Shown one piece after another: positions 38,799-46,943 of a stretch of DNA of 64,000 bases (position 1 is its first letter; each line of letters opens with the position of its first letter). A program made the translations under genes and the position numbers. The notes beneath the pieces were generated by a model. It searched no databases, was not told where the DNA came from, and saw nothing but the letters and a program-made list of their open reading frames with translations. The stretch is from a virus (taxonomy: Duplodnaviria > Caudoviricetes): IMG/VR virus record IMGVR_UViG_3300023174_000048, positions 96,001-160,000 of that record; one strand, 5' to 3'.

Positions 38799-41700
38799 TT
38801 ATGCTATATCAAACCAATTGTGAGAGTATCCTGTTCTCTGACTAAATCCAGCCCCATTCGTTACCAGTACAACGCTACTATTAGCAATTGTGATAATAAT
38901 TCTATTTCTATCTCCTCCATCTGTATAAGTCCACACTTTAAATATGGGACTAAGTAATCCATAATTCGGAATTACTCGATTCCAAGAGACCTTATTGTTT
39001 ATTGATTCATATACGTTTCCATCAGTTGTTGTGATAATATATCTCCCACTACTGCTAGTAGTCACATATATTCCATATCCGTATATTATTTTGTCTACAT
39101 TAAACATACTATTTTGTGTAGATGATGTTATAACACTCCAATATATTCCGTTACTACTGGTCATCACATTCATTCCTGCTCCATATTGTCTATTTCCTAT
39201 TATTATAAACTCATTATTAAGATATTCTAATGACGAACAAGGCACAATTTGTCCACTAAATGATCTTACTGTCCATGTTAATCCATCCGGAGATGTTGCA
39301 CAGGAGCCTGAGTTGTCTGTAGCAGCAACAATGATGTTGGCCCCATAAGCAATTCCTTTCCAATTAGCATAAGCTGGTAATGTAGAATAAGTAACATCTT
39401 TAACATTCCCATTTTGAAATTTAATTATAGCAACTTGAGAACTAGTATTTGATGTTAATATAAAGTTGTTATTAATAGGATCATATGTAGAATTAATCCA
39501 CAAGGCGCTAGTACTCGGTATCTCATTTGATATATCATATGATTGCCAAGTCATACCATTATCAGTAGAATAATTAATTATATAACTAGTATATGCTGCA
39601 GCAATAAATACTCCATTACCATAACAGATTGTTGTCCAATTTTGATTATCTGGTAAGTCCTTTAAAACAAAAGAATTACCATAGGTTTGAGATACCATAG
39701 CCTTGTTATTATTGTATGCTACAGCAACAGCATTAGCTTGAGGTATGGCACTAGTTGCTGTTGGAGTTATGGTTACTGTTGGAGTGGTGGTTGTTGTTAT
39801 AGTAGGAGTGATTGTTGGAGTTTGTGTTGATGTTATACTCGGTGTTATTGAAACTGTTGGCGTTATTGTTCTGGTTGGAGTAGCCGTGGCAGTTACACTA
39901 ATAGTAGGAGTAACTGTTATTGTTGGGGTAGTTGTAACAGTGTTTGTTATGCTTGGGGTTATAGTAATTGTTGGACTAACACTAGCTGTTGGAGTCGCAG
40001 TATTCGTGGAAGTTATTGTTGGCGTTGTTGTTCTAGTTGGAGTAGCAGTAGCAGTTGTACTACTAGTAGGGGTAACTGTTATTGTTGGACTAATACTAAT
40101 TGTTGGAGTCGCAGTATTCGTGGAAGTTATTGTTGGGGTGCTTGTTGGCGTATTTGTTACGCTTGGCGTGATTGTATTAGTAGGAGTAATTGATGGAGTA
40201 TTTGTCGTCGTTATAGATGGTGTGGGACTATTAGTTGAAGTTACTGTATTGGTAGGAGTTACTGTTTTCGTTGGTGTTGTAGTTAACGTAACACTCGGCG
40301 TTATGGTATTGGTAGCGGTATTACTTGGTGTTATAGTGCTTGTGTTCGTTTTAGTAGGGGTTATACTATTAGTTGGCGTATTGCTAGGTGTTGTTGTGGG
40401 TGTTTTTGTTTGTGTTGGGGTAGGGGTCAGAGTAGTAGACTGAGCAACAAAAGAGAACTCCCTCTCTGCTCCGTCATAAATAACCTCACCATTATTATTC
40501 AGTCTACCGGCTGCTGCTTTAAATGTATAGGTTCTTCCATTCACCATCCTTAATCTAACATCATTATAGTTTAGTGTTATGCTACCATTAGCATTTATGC
40601 CATCATAATCATCACTAAAATTAAGACTATCACAAGTTAAATAATAGCCACCAAAAATTGAGTTAGAGGGTATTGTTGGGGAGACAAAATTAATTGTAAA
40701 AGATTGTGCCGACGTTGTAACTGATACAGTTGGTTGCCCTATTGGTGAACCAATATTTAAAACAGGAACAGTCAAGCTAGCAGATCCAATTGTTCCACAA
40801 TTTGTTAGATTATTATCACAAGCACTAACATAAAAAGTTACAGTACTACCAGCAGATGGAAAAGTATTAGCTTCATAATAGCTTAAAACACTGTTGTTTG
40901 CAGTAATACCCTCATCTCCAATTCCAGGAACACTAGACTCTACTCTATAATTAATTGGTCCTGTGCTTGTTGATAATATATTTAAGTTTTCTGGATAATT
41001 CCAGGAAATACTAAAAGATGGCTGATTATTAGTAATAATAGTTTGTACAACAATGTTCGTAGGAGCAGTTGCTGGAAGATTAGCTGTTGATAATGATATT
41101 GATTGATTTAATAATGAAATATTAGGCAATAATTTACCATCAAAAAACAATCCTTTATATAAAGCTTGTATATTATCGTTAATAAAAACACTATTTTGAT
41201 AAATTAATTGTCCAAGATTTACCGGACTGCACATTGATTTGCTTGGAGTAACTGTTGGAGTAGATGTTTTAGTCGGGGTTGGAGTCTTAGTATTTGTTGG
41301 TGTTTTTGTCGGGGTTCTAGAATTAGTTACAGAAATTGTTGGAGTTATAGTAGGAGTAGATGTGTTTGTTGATGACGGCGTTTTAGTTTTAGTTACACTC
41401 GGAGTTACAGTTCTAGTAGGAGTTACTGTTAATGTACTTGTTTTTGTTGGTGTTTGAGTAACAGAACCTGTAGGAGTTTTTGTTAAAGAAACTGATGGAG
41501 TAACAGTATTTGATGGAGTAAGTGTCTGGGTTGGAGTTGGAGTTGGAGTGATACATCCAAGATTCGTTGGTCCATTAGCCACACCAGTTACTGAGTCTGC
41601 AGTTACTGATGTTGGAACAGAATCGCTTTTTGTAGAATAAGTCCAATAACCAGCTCCAGTTCCACCCTTATTTGGATCATAATAAGCAGCTTTATACCAT

Positions 41701-42470
41701 TCGTTCTCTGTTGGTATCCAGTAAGAGTTACTATTATTCTTTGATGGCTTACTAGTTCCTTGTATTATAAAACCAGATAAAGAATACACTCCATCCTCTG
41801 TAGTTGAGTTGGATGGAACTCCTGTTGGTTTCCCATTACTTAGCCAGTTCACATATCTTGCAACACAAAACCAATTTATAAAATTAACTGGTTTATCTCC
41901 CATGTTTGCAAGAGAAGCATAAGAATATGATCCTGAAATTCCTGATCTAGAAATGCCTCCTCTTTGTGCAATATCTCCCATTTGAGAAACCCACAAAGAT
42001 AAGCTGTTAGAAGATATTGCTACTGCATTTAAAAATTCAACATATTCATTATTAGTTATTAGATATTTTTTAATTTGATAAGTATAGCTCACAGATCCAA
42101 GATTATTATTAGAAGAGTCAGAACTATTATTTGTGTTATTAATTAAAACATAGTTCTGTGAGTCTATGCTTGCCGAACTTTTTGCTATTCTAAAACCCAA
42201 ATCACTTCTTTTAGAGTCAAAGAAGTTAATATCAGCATAAGTCTTTTTTAAAGAATCTCCATTGCTAGCAAATGATCCACCTCTAAAAATTGGATAGCTA
42301 TTACTTATAGTATCTAAAAGCTCATTAACATTTCCGCTTTGATCATATGTTCCGTAGTAACTAGGTTGTCCATTTGATCCTACAGAAGTAATATTACCAG
42401 TTAAAGCATTCCATGATGCTGAATTATTATAATTAGCGGTATTACAATTATTTAATAAATAACTCATCAC
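38799..42470 (-). CDS. Fibre/adhesin-like protein: permuted FGE-sulfatase (C-type lectin fold) domain, two Thr/Pro stalks, Ig/FN3-like region, Asp-box beta-propeller
   Basis: YGTYDQSGNV, RGGSF, GFRIA, KYLITNNEY, PTENEWYKAAYY; (TPT)n tracts; STDNGMTW, SPDGLTW, SSNGIYW. Confidence 0.8.
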   Translation of the reverse strand: MMSYLLNNCNTANYNNSASWNALTGNITSVGSNGQPSYYGTYDQSGNVNELLDTISNSYPIFRGGSFASNGDSLKKTYADINFFDSKRSDLGFRIAKSSASIDSQNYVLINNTNNSSDSSNNNLGSVSYTYQIKKYLITNNEYVEFLNAVAISSNSLSLWVSQMGDIAQRGGISRSGISGSYSYASLANMGDKPVNFINWFCVARYVNWLSNGKPTGVPSNSTTEDGVYSLSGFIIQGTSKPSKNNSNSYWIPTENEWYKAAYYDPNKGGTGAGYWTYSTKSDSVPTSVTADSVTGVANGPTNLGCITPTPTPTQTLTPSNTVTPSVSLTKTPTGSVTQTPTKTSTLTVTPTRTVTPSVTKTKTPSSTNTSTPTITPTISVTNSRTPTKTPTNTKTPTPTKTSTPTVTPSKSMCSPVNLGQLIYQNSVFINDNIQALYKGLFFDGKLLPNISLLNQSISLSTANLPATAPTNIVVQTIITNNQPSFSISWNYPENLNILSTSTGPINYRVESSVPGIGDEGITANNSVLSYYEANTFPSAGSTVTFYVSACDNNLTNCGTIGSASLTVPVLNIGSPIGQPTVSVTTSAQSFTINFVSPTIPSNSIFGGYYLTCDSLNFSDDYDGINANGSITLNYNDVRLRMVNGRTYTFKAAAGRLNNNGEVIYDGAEREFSFVAQSTTLTPTPTQTKTPTTTPSNTPTNSITPTKTNTSTITPSNTATNTITPSVTLTTTPTKTVTPTNTVTSTNSPTPSITTTNTPSITPTNTITPSVTNTPTSTPTITSTNTATPTISISPTITVTPTSSTTATATPTRTTTPTITSTNTATPTASVSPTITITPSITNTVTTTPTITVTPTISVTATATPTRTITPTVSITPSITSTQTPTITPTITTTTTPTVTITPTATSAIPQANAVAVAYNNNKAMVSQTYGNSFVLKDLPDNQNWTTICYGNGVFIAAAYTSYIINYSTDNGMTWQSYDISNEIPSTSALWINSTYDPINNNFILTSNTSSQVAIIKFQNGNVKDVTYSTLPAYANWKGIAYGANIIVAATDNSGSCATSPDGLTWTVRSFSGQIVPCSSLEYLNNEFIIIGNRQYGAGMNVMTSSNGIYWSVITSSTQNSMFNVDKIIYGYGIYVTTSSSGRYIITTTDGNVYESINNKVSWNRVIPNYGLLSPIFKVWTYTDGGDRNRIIITIANSSVVLVTNGAGFSQRTGYSHNWFDIA
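39750..40440 (-). repeat. Thr/Pro-rich low-complexity coding repeat (second stalk) containing a 56-nt duplication
   Basis: 39967-40022 and 40081-40136 match at 53/56 nt, with a period of 114 nt. Confidence 0.9.
41240..41550 (-). repeat. Thr/Pro-rich low-complexity coding repeat (first stalk)
   Basis: ITPTPTPTQTLTPSNTVTPS...TPTVTPS. Confidence 0.9.
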
Positions 42471-42487
42471 GTTTCCTTATAGGGCTA

Positions 42488-43987
42488 TCAACAACTTGTA
42501 GTTCCGCCACATTGAACCGTTAATGTGTCAGTAGCAGTTTCTCCTGATGTTAAATTAGTAGTAATAACCCTTAATGCTCTTGTGTTGCTGTCAGATAAAT
42601 CTGAAGTTAAGCGAGTACCAAAGGTTATATTTCCATTAATGTCAGTAACGGCTATGCCGCTAATTGGTAAAGTACTGATTTTCCCATCACTGATTGTTGG
42701 TATAAATTCATATCTGTATGCTTGAGCCGGTGAGCCAACAATAGTAGCCGTTAGGTCTCTTGTTCCGGTGCAACAAGGATAACTCAAACTTAGTAACGGA
42801 GCATTAGTAAATCCTACAGAGTATTTATCGAGACAATTAGAACAAATAATAGTAGACTCTGAGCTAGATACTTTAGAATTATTACAGTCTTGAGTTAGCT
42901 CCATCTTTAATTTGCATATTTTTTCTAATCTAGCAACACCATAAGATAATAATGTATTTATTGAATATGGCTCAACCCCAATAGTGTTTTGTGGACATAA
43001 CCCTGTTGATGCACAAAACGACAGTCTAACAGATACTGTTTGGTTATCGCTAGTTGGTACAATAACTCCACTATTTGGATATAAAACAATTGGCCAATTA
43101 GCATCAGAAGTAAAAAATCTATAACTATACTTTTCTCCAGCCTTAAGATTTGAAAGAGTAGCAGATACTGTTGTTTTGCTAGTTGTGGAACTGGTCAGAG
43201 TAACAGAGTTTGGTAGTGAAACTGTTGGTTTTGTTAAACAATTATCACAAACTATTGAAAAAGAAGTTTGAGTTTTTGTTTGCAAAGCACTAATATCGAT
43301 AGGAGTAATAGTTAGCTTAATTTTACCATAAAGTTCATCTCCAGCATAACACTGGTTAGACTGTTGATACTTTAGAATATCGCTTTGTGATTTCTGACAA
43401 TTATCTGATGAATTGCAAAAAGAAGCTAAGGAGCTAAGAATATATGTTTCTTTTGTTGATTGTATTGTGCCAGATGATGGCAGAATACTAATGGGCCAAT
43501 TGCCATCAATTCCTTCAAACTTATATGTATATTCCTGATTTGGAATTAATCCACTAATAGTTATTGGTATATTGTTAGCATTTTTAGTACTAGCATTAAG
43601 AGTAACATCAGGAGCTGATATATCTATATTGGGTAAACAGGTGTCACATTCTACTAAACATGAACGACTATAAACAACGTTATTATTATTAGAGTTGGTG
43701 ATAACTAGGTCTAAAACAGTATATAATGTTGTATTATCAACAGACAATGTTGTTTGTTTAAGATTAGTTGTTGGAATGTTATAAAACACACTAGGGTCAC
43801 TTGGTGAGCATGAAGCGGCACTCGGACAAAAGTATGCATAAGAATTTAGTTGTGGAGGATAAAAAACTCCTGAACGAGGCATAATTTTTACTGGCCAATT
43901 CCCGCCTCTATTATTAAAAATAAAGTTATATTGTTCTTTATCATCTAATCCGTCCACAGATACATCTATAAGCTTGATTGTTGACAT
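42488..43987 (-). CDS. Virion protein built from about 4 Cys-patterned beta-sandwich-like repeats
   Basis: The unit L...Y.Y.F....NWP....P.SG...FC.....C...C..CL recurs. Confidence 0.65.
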   Translation of the reverse strand: MSTIKLIDVSVDGLDDKEQYNFIFNNRGGNWPVKIMPRSGVFYPPQLNSYAYFCPSAASCSPSDPSVFYNIPTTNLKQTTLSVDNTTLYTVLDLVITNSNNNNVVYSRSCLVECDTCLPNIDISAPDVTLNASTKNANNIPITISGLIPNQEYTYKFEGIDGNWPISILPSSGTIQSTKETYILSSLASFCNSSDNCQKSQSDILKYQQSNQCYAGDELYGKIKLTITPIDISALQTKTQTSFSIVCDNCLTKPTVSLPNSVTLTSSTTSKTTVSATLSNLKAGEKYSYRFFTSDANWPIVLYPNSGVIVPTSDNQTVSVRLSFCASTGLCPQNTIGVEPYSINTLLSYGVARLEKICKLKMELTQDCNNSKVSSSESTIICSNCLDKYSVGFTNAPLLSLSYPCCTGTRDLTATIVGSPAQAYRYEFIPTISDGKISTLPISGIAVTDINGNITFGTRLTSDLSDSNTRALRVITTNLTSGETATDTLTVQCGGTTSC

Positions 43988-44004
43988 TACATTATACCTT
44001 TTAT

Positions 44005-45222
44005 TTATGAGTCTTGTATATTTTTTATATCTACAGATGAATTTATCGAGCTTGGTGCCGAATAATTCTTACATGTTAACTTTAAAACATTACTATAGTG
44101 AATAATAGTAGGATAATCTTGATCAGTTAAAGATGCTCTTAATGTTATCGAAGGTCTATACCACGACTGTTTAGTTACGTTATTATTTTGAGAAACGTAT
44201 GTCAAAACGTTATTAGTATTACTAGGATACTGTTCTGTTGACGGGCAAAATACACCGTCTATTTTTATTGAATCTGTTGCTGAAGTAATTTTTATTAGTC
44301 CTGTTGGATGAGAAACATAATAAGGCCATGTTGCAGATAGTGACTCTATTGAATATCTATATGTTTTATTTTTACTAAAATTTGTCAAATTAACAGATAG
44401 TGTTTCTTTTTGGTTCTTGACTCTGTCATCCTCATTAGTAATACTAGAAGATATTATAGCTTGTGGCAAACAATCTATACACTTTATAGTAAACTCATTA
44501 CTTAATACAGAGTCTCCATCATATGATTGTGGCGTTAATTCAAGTTGTAATATTATGTGCTTATCATTTAAGTTAGAAACTAAACATGAAACAGGAATAT
44601 TATATTCTATATTTGATACGTTACAGTTCTGGGTTGTTGGAGATAGAGTCAGTATTGATTGTATTGATCCAGAAGTTGAGGTGGATCTTAATGTTCCACT
44701 AATAGGGGTTATATTGGCTGGCCAATTACTATTAATGGTATTGAATTTATATGAATATGTTTCATTAATCTGTAAATTATCGGCATTAATATTTAAAAAA
44801 CTACTATTGCCTGTCCTTGTATTTAAATCGACTGAATCAATACTAACTCTTGGTAATATATCGGGATCAGCAAAATTGGTTACTGTTCCACCTAATACTG
44901 GTATGCTAAGTGGCAGAAATGATGTGTCTCTAACAATAAAATAATATGATAGTTTAGAGTCTAGATATTCTAATGTTGAATCGGGGTGTGGAATATAAGT
45001 ATATTTTGTATTTCCTAATTCGTCAGTGGTTTCTGTTAGTTTTGTCCAAAATTTTAATATTTTACCATTAATGTCCTGACTACTATAAATACTCCCGATT
45101 GACTGAATAAATCTATCATATATAATCTTGTCTGTTGTAGACAAATTTTGTGGTTTAGTTTTTAATGGTAGTTGTGCTTTGCCATTATAGTGTGTAATAA
45201 AAAATTGGCTATTTATAATCAT
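44005..45222 (-). CDS. Virion protein with two copies of the same repeat as 42488-43987
   Basis: NETYSYKFNTINSNWPANITPISG...CIDCLP and KTYRYSIESLSATWPYYVSHPTG. Confidence 0.65.
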   Translation of the reverse strand: MIINSQFFITHYNGKAQLPLKTKPQNLSTTDKIIYDRFIQSIGSIYSSQDINGKILKFWTKLTETTDELGNTKYTYIPHPDSTLEYLDSKLSYYFIVRDTSFLPLSIPVLGGTVTNFADPDILPRVSIDSVDLNTRTGNSSFLNINADNLQINETYSYKFNTINSNWPANITPISGTLRSTSTSGSIQSILTLSPTTQNCNVSNIEYNIPVSCLVSNLNDKHIILQLELTPQSYDGDSVLSNEFTIKCIDCLPQAIISSSITNEDDRVKNQKETLSVNLTNFSKNKTYRYSIESLSATWPYYVSHPTGLIKITSATDSIKIDGVFCPSTEQYPSNTNNVLTYVSQNNNVTKQSWYRPSITLRASLTDQDYPTIIHYSNVLKLTCKNYSAPSSINSSVDIKNIQDS

Positions 45223-45265
45223 ATTTAATCCATTTATTTATGGTTTGTACTAATAATTACACCAT

Positions 45266-46363
45266 TTAGATATTTGACATACATATAGAATCATTTAAAA
45301 CTCTGCCACCAAGCTTAATTATAGATACTTCTGGAATAGGGGCTGGTAAACTATCTTTTGCTAAAAGGGTTGTATTTTTAATAGGCAAAAAAATTATTAA
45401 ATTTGATAAACCAGTTGATACTTTTGGAATAAACTGTGCAATAATTTGATCTTTAACTTGATAGGTCCAATTATTATTCTGATCTAATACAGTATAAAGG
45501 GGAGACTCTATTGTTGTTGATTCTGTACTTGTGAAACATCCGAAAATTGTTGTTAAAGAATAAATTCCAGAATATTCAATAGAATTACCAATTTGTTGGT
45601 TTAATTCAAATACTGTGTCAGATACTATACTTTTAACCGTTATTATTGCGCTGCCTGATCCGCTATTCGCAAATACTATAATTATATTAGCATTTAATGT
45701 TACAGACTTACTGATAACTACTTTTGAGGCGGCTTCATCTATAGAAACAATTGACCCTAATAGTGTTCCGTCTTGCTTATATGCCAACATGCCAACAGAT
45801 AAGCTTGAGATATTAGCAAGAGTAATACTTGTTGATGATGATACTGCAGAAGATACTATTTTGGATACTCTGTTGAGTGATTGATCCAATCCTGGTCCTT
45901 GGATCGTTGATCCAACCATAACGGATGATGTTGATTCATTATTTCCAGTTATTTGTATTAAACTACCACCATTAGGTCCAAAATTAGAAGAACTAGAACT
46001 CAATAATTTACCTGTAACAGAAACCACAGATTCTGGATAACAAACTATTAATATATAATCAGTATATATGATAGTATTATTTGTGTCTTTTATTACTAAT
46101 CTTAATAGTGTTTTTGTTTGTGTTTTACGTAAAGATTTTATCTTAATAAATACTGTAGGATTAAATAAATTAGATCCAAAAATAGAATAAGAACCATTTG
46201 ATGGCTCAAAACTTATAATATTAGCCGGGCTCTGTGGAAGACTAACGGGAGTATCAAAATACAGTATATATTGATTCTTCTGTTTTAGATTAGATGGAGT
46301 TGGAAAGGATATAACTATCCCTTTTTCAGCCTCTTCTAAAGAATAATTAACAGTATTAATCAT
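45266..46363 (-). CDS. Hypothetical tail-associated beta-rich protein
   Basis: The ORF lies in the fibre block; no family recognised. Confidence 0.55.
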   Translation of the reverse strand: MINTVNYSLEEAEKGIVISFPTPSNLKQKNQYILYFDTPVSLPQSPANIISFEPSNGSYSIFGSNLFNPTVFIKIKSLRKTQTKTLLRLVIKDTNNTIIYTDYILIVCYPESVVSVTGKLLSSSSSNFGPNGGSLIQITGNNESTSSVMVGSTIQGPGLDQSLNRVSKIVSSAVSSSTSITLANISSLSVGMLAYKQDGTLLGSIVSIDEAASKVVISKSVTLNANIIIVFANSGSGSAIITVKSIVSDTVFELNQQIGNSIEYSGIYSLTTIFGCFTSTESTTIESPLYTVLDQNNNWTYQVKDQIIAQFIPKVSTGLSNLIIFLPIKNTTLLAKDSLPAPIPEVSIIKLGGRVLNDSICMSNI

Positions 46364-46376
46364 ATATTATATCCAG

Positions 46377-46943
46377 TTAAGATTGTGTAGCACATTTAAT
46401 AGTAATAATTTTTTCAATTAATTTTTTACTATCTGTAATTGAAGATACTATGAATTTAAATATACTAATATTTTGTTGATTATTTGAAATAGATAGATTT
46501 ACTGGAACAACACCTTTTCTTACAGATATTGTTTCATTAGTTGTTGTCCCTGGTTTTGGGATTGTGTATTCAGAATACTTTACAGACTGTACGTTAATAT
46601 CTGTTGGTAATGAATTTGTTGTCAATTCAACAAGCTCAAAAGAATACTGATAAGGATCTAATTTTAATTTACTAACTTCAAATTCTAATATTCCACCTAA
46701 GCAACAGAAATTTTCTACTATATCATTTCCTACTATTGTATTCTCATAATTTAGTACAATTTCTGGAGTAGGATCAAAGCAAATTTTTTGAGCTATCCAT
46801 TCTACTATGGATCCATCGGTAAGTTTTGTATACAGTCTTCCAGTAACGCTATTTATTACTAATTCTCCAACTAAAACCTGATCGACACTTGGAAAGCCAT
46901 TACCGCTTTCGTCTCTTTTTAATAGTAGTTTCATACTGAACAT
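46377..46943 (-). CDS. Small tail-fibre-related protein
   Basis: KLLLKR....FPSVDQVLVGELVINSVTGRLYTK matches the common fibre N-terminal motif KRxxxxxxPxxLxxGELxIN. Confidence 0.6.
   Translation of the reverse strand: MFSMKLLLKRDESGNGFPSVDQVLVGELVINSVTGRLYTKLTDGSIVEWIAQKICFDPTPEIVLNYENTIVGNDIVENFCCLGGILEFEVSKLKLDPYQYSFELVELTTNSLPTDINVQSVKYSEYTIPKPGTTTNETISVRKGVVPVNLSISNNQQNISIFKFIVSSITDSKKLIEKIITIKCATQS

Noticed and set aside
39745-40443. 232-aa Val/Gly-rich 'membrane protein' on the + strand (also 41239-41457)
   Set aside because: Antisense shadow of the Thr/Pro repeat codons in the - strand fibre gene.
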